Positions 1 through 13,213 of a DNA stretch of 64,000 nucleotides are shown piece after piece. Location of the stretch: positions 23,126,001 to 23,190,000 of the forward strand of contig OX597836.1 in NCBI GenBank assembly GCA_951406725.2. Direction: 5' to 3'. Position 1 is the first letter of the stretch; the number at the start of each line of letters is the position of its first letter. The stretch is from Octopus vulgaris. Lineage: Eukaryota. The translations under genes were made by a program, and so were the position numbers. The notes under the pieces are model-generated. The model did not search any database. It was not told the DNA's origin and worked only from the letters and a program-made list of their open reading frames with translations.

Positions 1-160
1 ACCTGGAGTAAATCTTCAGATGGCTTCCAGTTCTCCATGTCAGCTAACTTTTTCTCAATACAACTTTAATTTTTATGCTCTCTAATGTCTTCAGCTATTC
101 ACCAGTACAAAGCATCATCAAATTTAGCCTGAACACCCTGTATATATATATATGTATATA

Positions 161-439
161 AAATATGAATTAGAGATAAAACCATTATTATGCAATTCAA
201 ACAGAGATAGACATAAACCAATACATAAATAACAAATAATATATATAATATGTAATAGATATATATATATTTTCCCAAAAGTATAAAATGAATGCATTCA
301 TTTTATACTTTTTTGAAAAAAAAATATACATATATATATATATTATATTTATTATATATATTATTTATTATTTATGTATTGGTTTATGTCTATCACTGTT
401 TGAGTTGCATAATAGTGGTTTTATCTCTAATTCATATTT
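161..439. repeat. Long imperfect AT-rich palindrome
   Basis: Arms 161-250 and 350-439 are reverse complements; perfect 36-bp central palindrome at 277-312. Confidence 0.85.
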
Positions 440-884
440 GATATTTTATATATTTATACTGTGAAATTTGATTTAGTACTAAATTGAATTTTTCCCTGTA
501 AGTTTGGAGTTATACTCCCTAATATTATATATATATATATACATTATATAAAATCCTTTCTCTGTGTGTGTGTGTGTCTTCTAGGATCTCGGGCATCCTC
601 CATCCGATTGCGCTCAGATTCGATATGTAGATATCAATGGTATCAGGGCATGTATCAGTCTTGGAAAAATTACAAAAATTGATTCCAGATGAGAATGCAA
701 TCGATCAAACCGTGGGAACATGCATTTGTAAAATCGTTTTTCTTGGAATAGCAAAAAAGTCTATCTTTATTTCTTATTTTGCTGGTGTCTCAAATTTAGG
801 TTAAATCAGTGTTTCTCAAAGGGAAGGCCTATGGGACAGTCGGACAAGTTGTTTCAAGAAAATTTGGTGTGTAATGTATTAATA

Positions 885-1325
885 TCATCATCATTTAACG
901 TCCGCTTTCCATGCTAGCATGGGTTGGACGGTTCAACTGGGGTCTGGGGAGCCCGAAGGCTGCACCAGTCCAGTCAGATCTGGCAGTGTTTCTACAGCTG
1001 GATGCCCTTCCTAACGCCAACCACTCCGAGAGTGTAGTGGGTGATTTTATGTGCCACTGACACAGGTGCCAGACGAGGCTGGCAAACGGCCACGCTCGGA
1101 TGGTGTTTTTTATGTGCCACCGACACAGGTGCCAGACGAGGCTGGCAGACGGCCACGCTCGGATGGTGTTTTTATGTGCCACCGACACAGGTGCCAGATG
1201 AGGCTGGCAAACGGCCACGATCGGATGGTGCTTGTTACGTGCCCACAGCACGGAGGCCAGTCGATGCGGTACTGGCTACGGCCACGTTCGGATGGTTTTC
1301 TTGTGTGCCACGTGCCACCGGCACT
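885..1325 (-). mobile_element. Short retroposon with (GAT)n tail, probably RTE-derived. Other copies: 2467-2653+, 10411-10810-, 11931-12110+, 17580-17830+, 30607-30858+, 44046-44280-
   Basis: Shared core GGAGTGGTTGGCGTTAGGAAGGGCATCCAGCTGTAGAAAC...GCATGGAAAGCGGACGTTAAACGATGATGAT in many copies. Confidence 0.85.
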
Positions 1326-1384
1326 GGTACCACAAAGATACAAATTCCATTGATGTTCATATATATAAATATTGTGTGTAATAT

Positions 1385-1946
1385 CAGATTTTTCTGTGAT
1401 GTGATTAGCATGGTGCACCATTGATCAGGTGTCAGAAGATGAGGCATCCACCAAGCAGAAATCTTTGCCACACCAAGTTCATTGTGTAGAATATTCTCAA
1501 TTCTCTTGCAGGATATGCTAATAGCTTTGGCTATTTGATTTATAGTCAATCACATGCCATCCACCACCATGTCATGAACACAATTAATGTATTCTCCAGT
1601 GGTTGCAGTTGCAAAATGTACAGACCTTGGGTCCTCTTCAAGACTCTCCCTTTTCCTCCTAAATTCTGCTGCCCATTTTTACACTGTTGATAAAGCTGGA
1701 GCATCATCCCCTAATGTAGAAAGTATGTAAGCATGAAGGTCCTTGGGAGCTAAACCCTTTTCCTACAAATACTTAATAACACTAGGATGCCTAATTTTGT
1801 CCATTTTCAAGGGAGTTTGCAACTGGTTACTTTTGCAATCTTCTTTGAACAGCTGCCTGGAAAGAAACAAGGCAGTTATTAAAAAGACCTTGAATTTATC
1901 TGTCACTCTTTCATAGTGAGCCTATAATCTTTTCATCCCACCCTTG
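1385..1946 (-). mobile_element. Truncated, degenerate Tc1/mariner element (left TIR + N-terminal transposase)
   Basis: TA|CAAGGGTGGGATGAAAAG terminus at 1946; interrupted frame ...KWAAEFRRKRESLEEDPRS...ILHNELGVAKISAWWMPHLLT (WVPxxL motif). Confidence 0.85.
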
Positions 1947-3059
1947 TATATATGGGGTGATAAAGTTGTGTCCTTGAGAAGCACATCTGCACATTCCAGT
2001 ACAAATGTATGTATATATTTTTATGGATAGAAGGTCTCATACATGTTTTGTATATGTATATACTTACTATGAATTTATAATACTTATGCTTTTATTATGA
2101 ATATTAATATTTATATTCATACCATATTTCTTATACTGTAATGAAATGTATAATTTTGTATCAAAAATATACTAAACTTTCCGGTCTTTACACACACACA
2201 CACACACACACACATGTGCACACACATGTCAGCCAGTTGTCCATGAGTCAGAAAATAAGCACATGCACTCTAAAAGAAATTTTGAGTAGATATATTTCCT
2301 TATGAAAATATGACACTCTAATTAAACTTAAAGAAAAGTTTTATCATATCTTTCACAACCAACAATTGCTTGTCTCAACTCTGTTTCCAATGTCAGTTCA
2401 CACATAAGTTCCAAGTGAAAATTAATGCAATATTTTCAGTTTGAAACAACAGACCGGCTCTCATCCCAGTGGCACGTAAAAAGCACCCACTACACTCTCG
2501 GAGTGGTTGGCATTAGGAAGGGCATCCAGCTGTAGAAATATTGCCAGATTGGATTGGAGCCTGGTGCAGCCTTTCTGGCTTGCCAGCCCTCAGTCAATCC
2601 GTCTGACTCATGCCAGCATGGAAAGCGGATGTTAAACGATGATGATGATGATGATATATAACATATAGATGTATACATCATTTAGAACATTATCATCTTT
2701 TTGCTGATATATTTTAAAATTATAACCTGGGGACAGAGGGTAAGACCATCTGGTCTTTTTCCATCACATGATTTCATATCATTTCCAGAGTGTGTTCCAG
2801 TTTTAAATCATGCTCTATGGTCAAGCTTATTGTCAAAGGAAATTTGAAAAACTTTTTGCTGATATATTTTAAACATTATCATGATTTTGCTGATATATTT
2901 TAAGATTAACATAAACATTTATTTACATGAAAGAAAATTATTGGAGAACTTTCATCTAATTCTTCCAAATTCTTATGTTAAAACTGTATTGAAACCATTT
3001 GTGGGGATTTTCTTCCATCACAGCAACTGGCCGCACAGCACAAGGTTTGACAGAACCTA

Positions 3060-3445
3060 CTGAAGCAATCCAGCATGCTTGTAGCATTACAACGGGTAGT
3101 TGCAAGGCTAAGGCATTGAGAAAGCTAAGCGCCTTTAAGGGCATCACTCGACACCTTGGTGAGGCAAGCGGACAACATTGATAAGAACTTCACAGTTAGT
3201 GGTCCAGTCCCTCCAAACATCTCAAATGCCACAGGTTCGAAGAGATAGTTCACTGTCAGGTCCCGATACTTCAGGGTTTTCTTCTGTCCGGCTATGGAAG
3301 CAGTGACCCTGCTATTAACTGCAGCATCCATGATGTGGGAAGGAGCAAAGGAGTTGCAGACTGTGGCAGCCCAGATGAAGCACCGACCTCTAACCTGGGG
3401 ACAGAGGGTAAGACCATCTGGTCTTTTTCCATCACATGATTTCAT
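3060..3445 (-). mobile_element. 3' fragment of a CRE-clade non-LTR retrotransposon (restriction-like endonuclease), degenerate
   Basis: DGKRPDGLTL...W...KKTLKY...FEPVAFEMFG...QCLSLA..RCNA resembles the PD-(D/E)xK RLE C-terminus (RPDG, KxxKY, PxAxExxG, QRGNA); in-frame stop. Confidence 0.78.
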
Positions 3446-4999
3446 AGCATTTCTAGAGTGTGTTCCAGTTTTAAATCATGCTCTATGATCAAGCTTATTG
3501 TCAAAGGAAATTTGAAAAAAATTTATATTTTTTCCTGAAGTGACTTTGCAAGTAATTCTGTAGTTGAATGAATTGATCTCTGTACTTTTTAAAATTTTAT
3601 TTAAAGCCTGGTACTTATTCTATCAGTCTCTTTTGCTGAACTGCAAAGTTACAGGGACGTAACTACACCAGTACTGGCTGTCAAGCAGTGGTCGGGGTGG
3701 GGAACACACACACATAAATATATATATACGACGGGCTTCTTTCAGTTTCTACCAAATCCACTCATAAGGCTTTGGTCAAACTATAGTAAAAAAAGACCAA
3801 TTATTTAAGGTGCCACGTAGTGGGACTGAACCTGAAACCATGTAGTTGGGAAGCAAACTTCTTACCACAGAGCCATGCCTGCATCAGTGTTTAAATCAAA
3901 TGCCGAAGTGAATTAAAATGTATTTTAAGCCCCCATCCCAACGAATTTCCGAAATTGCTGGCCTTGTTCCACCAAAATCTGAAACCCAAATAAATACGAA
4001 ACGATCAGTGTGAGGGTGGGAGGGAGAGGGGAACAAAGAAAAGTTAACGAAACGGTGGAAAAATGTGACGAGATTTGGTCAGGGACGAGGGTCAACGTCG
4101 TGACGCCTGGCGATGATATCTCGTACAAAGCTGAGATAACTCTTGCTTGCCCTAATCCAACCAGTTCTGTCTGTGTGTCGTGTTTCATTCATCATATGCA
4201 TTAGATGAACACACACTCACAACATAAGACAGATAAATATATCTACATCTCTATATACACACATGCACCAATATTTCCATGATGACGCTTTCTCGAAGGT
4301 TAGTTCAATATATATATATATATATATATGTGTGTGTATATATATATGTTTCCAGAGTGATATCTTTGTTGAATGTCCCCGTGTAATGTAATCCTACCTC
4401 ATGTTTACCCCGCCGATACTTGCCACCTCCGTTATTTAACCCCCCACATCAAGACAGACGAGCGATCCCCCTCTTATATCGTTCTTCTTGCTTCATAATT
4501 TGTTTTGTAACTCCCTTGACTTCCTTTACAGTCACTAAACAACCATCAAGACAACGGATGTACGACATATTTCTTTAATGTATATGTTTGATTCACACAC
4601 AAGACAAGGCTTCGTTAATCAAATCACGATAACTGTGAGCAGTGTTCTTTGTTTTGTTGTATATATTTACACATATATACACTCACACACAGCTACCTGT
4701 GTATATATATATACATCCTTATATGTGAATAATATACGTACATCTATCTATTGTTGTGCTTCAGAAATATGTATATACGAACCCTAATGTAGTCGTGATC
4801 ACAGATTTAAACCAGCACAAATAACCTTCCTTTTTTTTTAATTTTAATTTTTTTTGTTGATTGTTTTGTTTTAGATCGAAGAGTCCAGTCGATTTCCTCA
4901 TCACCCTCCTCTTTTGTCCGGCTTAAAAGAAATTGAAACTTGCCAGTGATAGGGAAATCCTCTCCTGCCTTTCCCACCAAAATTGTGGCGTATGTTTGA

Positions 5000-5132
5000 G
5001 TGTGTGTATATATATATATATACATATATATATATGTATATGTGTATATATATGTATATGTAATATATGTATGTGTATATGTAATGTATGTATATATATA
5101 TATATATATATGTATGTGTATATGTAATGTAT

Positions 5133-5164
<32 letters not shown>

Positions 5165-5300
5165 GTGTATATATATGTATATGTATATATATATGTTATA
5201 TATATATGTGTATATATATATATGTGTATATATATATGTGTATATATATATGTGTATATATATGTATGTATATATATACACATATATATATATATGTATG

Positions 5301-5333
<33 letters not shown>

Positions 5334-5845
5334 ATATGTATATATATATGTATGTATATATATATGTATATATATATGTATGTATATATATATGTATGTG
5401 TATATGTATGTATATATATATGTATGTATATATGTATGTATATATATATATGTATGTATATATGTATGTATATATATGTGTATATGTATGTATATATATA
5501 TGTGTATATGTATGTATATATATATGTGTATATGTATGTATATATATATATGTGTATATGTATGTATATATATATATGTGTATATGTATGTATATATATA
5601 TGTGTATATGTATGTATATATATATGTGTATATGTATGTATATATATATGTGTATATGTATGTATATATATATGTGTATATGTATGTATATATATATGTG
5701 TATATGTATGTATACATATATGTGTATATGTATATATATATGTATATATTATGTATGTATGTATATATATATGTGTATATGTATATATATATGTATATAT
5801 TATGTATGTATGTATATGTACATGTATATATATATATATATATCT
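5000..5845. repeat. Compound (TA)/(TG) microsatellite with a higher-order unit of about 22 bp
   Basis: TGTGTATATGTATGTATATATA-like unit reiterated. Confidence 0.97.
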
Positions 5846-7460
5846 GTGTGTATGTCAGCTGCGAGGGAAAAAATGGTCAGAAAGCAACTTGAACCCGAGA
5901 ACAAGGGGTAAACATGGGTCTAAGTTTGCTGGGGTTATTATTATTTCTTTAGAAGACGTTTTCGTTCAGTATATTGCTGTGGAATAGACATCCTGATTAT
6001 ATATGTATGTATATGTGTGCAGTGTTGTGTAAATGTGTTGTTGAAAAAGATATACCAATTCGCACATCCATATTATAAATATGGCTAATTATATATACAT
6101 ACATATATATATATATCCATATATATATATATATATATACATACACACACACATAATACACATTTAGACGGTAATGTTTTTATGTAGTAAAGGGGCCATA
6201 AAATGGGGGTTCAGTTTGTTACTTCCGTATATCGTGCAACCCATCCCCGATTATTTGTCTGGATATTCACATGCTGTCCTTTACACGCACATGTATAGGC
6301 GAACCCCACACACAGTACATATATATATATATATATCTGTATTTGTATATATTTAATTTTACCACTGTTATATATGTAATATTGGTCTGTGTATACATGT
6401 TCACTTTTTTTTGTCACATGAGCTCTATATTTCTTCTCTCTGTTATTTATATAATGTAAGGATATAAAAGTGTTTAGATACGTAAATAATATATTTCTCT
6501 CGCCCCCCCCCCTCTTCGAAATTATCTGCTCCTGTTATGAGAAGGTTAAAATTAACCATGTAAATAAAGATGTCTGTCTGTATGCATGTATGTACAAGTA
6601 GATGTATATATATAGCCTCTTCCTCGTCTGTTTTATTCATTATATATAAAATATATTTGTCATATATATATATGTATGTATGTATATATATAATGTGTAT
6701 ATGAGTGAGATGTGGTAGATTCGTCTATTTCAAAACTAAGCCTTCGTTTCGTCCCCACTGAGTGTTTTGACGTTCTTCATGGCGATATATAAGTATTATG
6801 CCATCAGGGGCACCTCGCACACACACACAACCCCCTCCCCGCAATTATACATGTTTGTGGGAATCGACACGGGGTAGATTTGAGGACCCCTGCTTCTAAA
6901 TACAGAATCTGATAGTTTTTTTCTGATTTTCTTTTTTTCTTTTTGAGGAAACTCTTAGATTAATTACGAGCGTGCTGCAGTAATTCTCTTTCTTTTTTTT
7001 AGACCGACATTATAAATAGCCATATTACGGATAATTATTAATTTACCAATCACGTTTTAATTAAACAACTGCAAAATAAAAATTACAGCTTGTTTGAATC
7101 ACGTTTTTCTCTTTTCCTTTTGTCGTTCTTTATACATTTCCGGTTCTGTAGAGGTCTCTCACCAGATATTATAGGGTCGAGCAAACTTTGCACTCGAATG
7201 CTGAGAAATAGTAACTAAATCTTCCTCAAATCATGGCCTAACGCCTCTTTACACATTTACTTATTTAAAGGAAAGTCCTATGGGAAACAATCTTTATATG
7301 GATTTGCTCACTCCACACTGACCTGGTGCTTAACGATATTTTTGCTATTCGTAATGGCGACCATTTCAAAAGATATATATATATTTTAGTATATTAACTA
7401 ATTCTTTTAATTCTGCACAATGACCAATCACCTTGATCGATCTTAAATACTTGTTGCTAA

Positions 7461-7650
7461 GGCGGCGAGCTGGCAGAATCGTTAAGCACGCCAGGCAAAA
7501 TGCATAGCCGATATTTCGTCCGTCTTTACGTTCTGCGTTCAAATTCCACCGAAGTCGATAAAATAAGTACCAGTTGAATACTGGGCATATGTAATCGACC
7601 CCCCCCCACTCCGAAATTGCTGACCTTTTCCAAAAATTCGAAATCAATAT
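7461..7650 (+). mobile_element. SINE family B. Decayed copies at about 12130, 30148, 30475, 33370, 33675, 34122, 45327
   Basis: GGCGGCGAGCTGGCAGAATCGTTA...GTTCAAATTCC...ATAAAATAAGTACCAGTT recurring consensus. Confidence 0.8.
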
Positions 7651-9732
7651 TTGTTGTTGCTAATCCCCGGTTCCAGTTATGATGAGCTCGTGTTTTTTCA
7701 AGCATACTATATCGAGGAGATTTGGCTGCTATTTCTTGTTGTGTTAAGAATCATGTAGTAAGGAAAGTATTTAGTCTGTTCTCTGATTTGATGAGAATTA
7801 GTCTCTATTGTATTGATCTGGATCAAAGAACGACAGACAGTCTTGGGAGACCAAGACTGACTAAAGGAAATTTATATGATCTTGTGTGTGATATAATGAG
7901 ATGAAAAAGCTTCAACTTACTGAGATTATCCATGCATTTAATAAATAAAATCCATCTCTATGGTGTTGAAAATGTAATAACAGGCAAGAGAGGTAACAAT
8001 TAATTGAAATTTTTGGAAAATATAGAAAAAGCAGTTTGTCAATGACTGGTTTTAGGTGATGAATCGGCAAAGGTAAAACGTGTTTCAGTTTTATTACATC
8101 TCTTCAGTGAAGTATATTGTACAATGTTGAGTGTGATAAATATATGTGTGTGTGTGTAGGCATGGCTATGGTTAAGAAGTTGGCTTTGGAATCTTAAAGT
8201 CAGAGGTTCAGTTCCACTGTGTGGAGGCTGTCAATTGGCATCTATTATAACTGAGTCGAGCAATATCTTGAGTGTGAAATTGTTAGAGGAAACAGAAGCC
8301 TGTCCTGTATGTGTGTGTGTGTCATCATCATCATCATCGTTTAACATCCACCTTCCATGCTAGCATGGGTGGGATGGTTTGACAAGAGCCAACCAGGAAG
8401 AAACCTGCACCAGACTTCTGTGACTGATTTGGTAGGATTTTTACAGCTGGATACCCTTCCTAATATTAACTATTCAACTGAGTGGACTTTGTGCTTTTTA
8501 TGTGGCACAAGCACAGACGAGGTCAGTTTTGGCAAGGTTTTTACAGCTGGATGCCCTTCCAAATGCCAACCACTTTACAGTGTGGACTGGGTGCTTTTAA
8601 GTGGCACCTGTAGTGACAAGGTCACCAAGTACTTGTAAGACAAAAAAAAACACATCCATTGTTATAACAATGACCAAAAGCATCATATAGGAGGAGATGA
8701 GTCACAGTGCATCCAGCTGTGGCTAAACAGGCCAATGCATGCTCAGAAGGTTCTGGCACTGGTGATCTGGGAATGAAGGCAAGGAATTGGCTCTGGATTT
8801 GTGTAGCTCATGTTTTCTTTGTGCTCCTGCTATCCTATTCTGTTCATAAGCAGCACCTTTGTTGGTGCAGGTATGTCAGGTAGGGTGGTCCTTGCTTGTG
8901 TGTGTGTGTTCATATTTCCTTTCATCTTCATGCATATTCACTGATTGTAGACAAGAGACCTATTCAGATGCTGTCATTTGTTCTCCACATAACCATATCT
9001 GGGCTGTTTGATAGAGTGGAAGATTATTACTTTATGGTTCAAATGCACAAAAAAAAACAAACAGACAGACAGACAAATGAGGGAATAACAAACAAGTTGT
9101 ATTAGTTTGACACTGGGAAAATGGTGAAGGCTGAATCCAGAACCATGTGGCTGGGATGCAAGCTTCTTACCACACACACAGACATACATAGGTGTCAGTG
9201 TGGATGTGTGATAAACAAGTCCCTTTATCAAGTACATGGTTTTTCAGTCGAGTCACACAGCATGGTGCTTTGGGAGGATTAGCTATGAAGTGTAATTTTG
9301 GTATCGTGGCTTATTTTATCTAGTAACACACAAACACATGCATACACTGTTAAACAACAGGGAAATATGATGTGCCAGGTTTTTTTGTGACATGTTTTTG
9401 TAACATGTTACACACGTGTTACAAGAAATCAACCTCTGATTTGGGTTTGTGCATGTGTGTACTTTATGATTTTGAGCAGAGAATATAATTTTATTGAACG
9501 TCTTTAATGTTATGTTAGTAGCATGAAAAAGTGCCCAGTATAATCTGTGAAGTGGTTGGTGAGAGGTAGGACATCCAGGTGTAAAAACCAAGCTGAATGA
9601 AGCATCCAAGCATCAGTCTGTGGAAGCAGCAGCTTTTGGAAGATGAACTGTGATGATCCATCCAATCTATACCAGCATGGCAAGTGGACATAGGGACATT
9701 TGTGTATGTATGGCAGTGTATAATCATGTGAG

Positions 9733-9767
<35 letters not shown>

Positions 9768-12700
9768 AACGGCGGTGCATCAGCATGGCCGCAGCTCTGA
9801 GCTGAAACTAGAGGAAAAAAAATATATATGATGGTTGCAGACTCATGTTTGAGTATTGCCATCACCTGATCAAAAGTCTCACACATGCGAAGGCTGTGAC
9901 CAACCATTTTTGTGATAGGTCTTACTTTTTTTCGAATGATGATGATTTTTTTATAGTGGGGGAAAGGGTTTGTACAAATCCAATCCCACTCTCTGAACAT
10001 GTATAACAAAGAAAAACCAGTCTACATCATCAAATATTGTCAGTGTTGCAGGTTTTCTCTCAGAGTTTCCCTCTCCTAGAGAGATGTTGTGACAACAACT
10101 GAGGGGCTTCCCATTCCCAGTGGGCCAACCTCATACATGGACACCAACCCAGGTATTCCCACATCTCCACACATACATACATACATATGTACACATATTG
10201 CTGGATGGCCATTGGCTGCTCATGAGCTCTTTCATCTTTTGACAGGTCTTATTTTTCATCCTGCAGGGTGTCCAACAATCACCCTCCTCACCAAGCAAGC
10301 TTGATGGGATTGCCAGTTTAGTTGCTGACGACCTGGCCATGCAACAGGTTGTACTGGGCTACATGTTACCAGTAGCAACCAAGAATGACACACACACACA
10401 CATATATATATCATCATCATCATTTAACGTCCATTGTCCATGCTGGCATGGATTAGACGGTTTGACTGGGGACTGGCAAGCCAGGAGGCTGCACCAGGCT
10501 CCAATTCTGATCTGGCAAGGTTTCTACAGCTTGATGCCCTTCCTAATGTCAACCACTCCAAGAGTGTAGTGGGTGCTTTTTACGTAGCACTGGCATCGGC
10601 CATGATCGGATGGTGCTTTTTACATGCTACCGGCACAGGAGCCAGTTGATGGGGGTGGGTGGCATCAACCACGTTTGGATGGTGCTTTTTACGAGCCATT
10701 GGCATGGAAAGCCAGTCAGACAGCACTGGCATCAACCTATGCATGAATGGTGCTTACTGCATTCCACCAGCATGGGAGTCAGTCAGGTGGCACTGGCATT
10801 GGCCACAACTACAATTTCCATTTTGATTTAATTGAGATTCTGATTTTGATTTCACTTGACTCCTCAAGCATGGCGTGTCACTTGATGATTCAAAGGTACT
10901 TTTTAAATGGGCTGGTTATCCAACAAACTTTGGTGAGCAAACCTTTTGGTATTTCACAGACAAGAAAGTAAATTTTGTATGTGGTATAGCTGTGAAACAG
11001 CCAAGAAAGATCGTTATTTTTTTTTCCTGTTTTCTAAGGCTATTTGAAATTTTTCCTGTCTTCTTGGCTATCTGAAATTACACTTCATTTGAAATTTACA
11101 TTCTTGTCTGTAAACACACACACACACATAATAAACATATTGTATATATGTGTGTATTGCTCCTGTGAATGTGCATTTACATTTGTTAGTGTATAGATAT
11201 ACAAGTCTATGTGTGTTGCTTCTGTTAAGGTATGGATGTATCAGCAGCAAGCTATTGAGAGTCATGAAAGCATTGAAGAAAATGCTTTTCAGTATTTGTT
11301 CTGGCACTCCATGCTCAGAGTTCAACCTCTGCTGAGGTCAACTTCACCTTTTAGTATCAATAGAAAAACATCATCACCTGGTCCCTTCAGTACCTTTAGT
11401 GGGTTTCACTCTCTTAAACCCTCTTAAATCTCCTGTTAGTAAATAATTTCCTTTTTTCCTCTCACCAATCTCGGGGATTCTGAAAAAAAAAGAGTCACAG
11501 CTTCTGCCCATTTCTCTTTGACTAAGTAGTAAAAAAAAATGTATGAATACCCTGCATATTTGTGTCTATACATAGGTGTGTATGAGCATAGTTAGTATAT
11601 AAATATGTATTTTTTTAGTTATGTTGATGTATATGTATACCTGCATGTACATATATGCAAACCCTAAAGAACTCCTCTTAATACATGGCTATGATGCTCC
11701 CCCACTACTTATGCTTGTGATCAGAGATACACATATTGTCAGCCATTAAGGGACATGTTCAACTGGTTATGGTCAAACAGCTGACAAGCAAATCTGTGGT
11801 ATTGAACAGAATATTTGCTGTAGCTCATCTTTTAAACCAAGATAAAACAATGTGCATGATAACACTTCCAATCAGTTAAGATCACTGCACGGTACTGCCT
11901 CAGGGCAGCTGCTGCTATTATTATTATTGCAGGTGGCACGTAAAAAGCACCCACTACACTCGCGGAGTGGTTGGCGTTAGGAAGGGCATCCAGCCGTAGA
12001 AACTCTGCCAGATCAGACTGGAGCCTGGAGCAGCCCCTGGCTTCCCAGACCCCAGTCGAACTGTCCAACCCGTGCTAGCGCAGAAAACGGACGTTAAATG
12101 ATGATGATGATAATAATTCTAGAGGTGATGGTGAGCTGCTAGAATTGTTAGTATGCTAGACGAAATGGCTAGTGGTATTTTGTCCATCTTCTCTTTATCT
12201 GTTCATATTCTGCTATGGTTGACTTTGCCTTTCATCCTTTAAGGGTCAATAAAATAAGCACCATTTTAGCACAAGGGTTGATAAAATCAACTAGCCCCCT
12301 CCATCAAAATTTCAGTCCTTCTACTTATGTCAGAAAGGATTAATAATTCTGGAGTTGGATTGACGGAATCAGTTTCTGATATCTCATGGTACTGTGGAAC
12401 TTCAAATCCCGCTACAACCATCTTAGCTTTTCATGTTTCTAAAGTGGATAAAATAATGCAGCATGCAGCCCTGTAGCTCCAGGTCCAATCCTATTGCATC
12501 ACATCTTGATCAAGTATCTTATACCATGGCCTCAAGTTTATTAATGACTTAAAGTGCAACTATGTAGAAGGAGGCCGAGTAGAAGCATGTGTATTGTTTT
12601 GTAGATATGTATCAACAAAAGATGTAAGCATCAACCAGAAAACAAATAACCAGCACTTTGAAACAAAAACCCTGCATGGTATCTCCCCACTTGAGTTGTA

Positions 12701-12784
12701 CAAGTTCTTCCTTCTTCTCTCTTGCCTTTGCAAAATACATTGACTGACCCATTGGAAACCTGCAGCCACACACTCATTCATTAA

Positions 12785-13213
12785 CCCTTTAGTGTTCAGA
12801 TTACTCTGTTAAATGTAATACTTTTTCACTCAAATTGTTTTGAATTAATCATGCATTATCTCATAGCTTTGAGGTTTCAATGATGTGAATGTATATTTTT
12901 TGAATGTCAATGTAGGTTAGGTTTGAGGGGCTAGATATTCCCAGTTTGATTATAAAACATATAGAATATTTGGGCCAGATGTGGCCGGTTTAAACACTAA
13001 AGGGTTAAACCGGCCATATCCGACCAAAATATTCTACCTATTTTATGTTCAAACTAGTCAGATATGGTCATTCATAGCTACCTTATTGTGTCATTTTAAG
13101 AATAAACAATCACGTCATTGAAATCTCAAAGCCATGAAATGATGCAAGATTAATTTTACATGGTGTGAATACATAAGCTTTACATTTGACAGAATAATCT
13201 GACTGCTAAAGGG
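12785..13213. mobile_element. Two piggyBac-type MITE copies in inverted orientation. Related copies: 22243-22393, 27315-27480, 38070-38289, nested pair 45868-46273
   Basis: TTAA|CCCTTTAG...CTAAAGGG|TTAA at 12785-13004, followed by a reversed copy ending AAAGGG|TTAA at 13213. Confidence 0.85.

Noticed and set aside
1041-1325. Regularly spaced repeats resembling a CRISPR array
   Set aside because: Whole-unit tandem repeats with no unique spacers, inside a eukaryotic retroposon
4807-5987. Long Y/I/C/M/V-rich ORFs
   Set aside because: Translations of a stop-free TA/TG microsatellite
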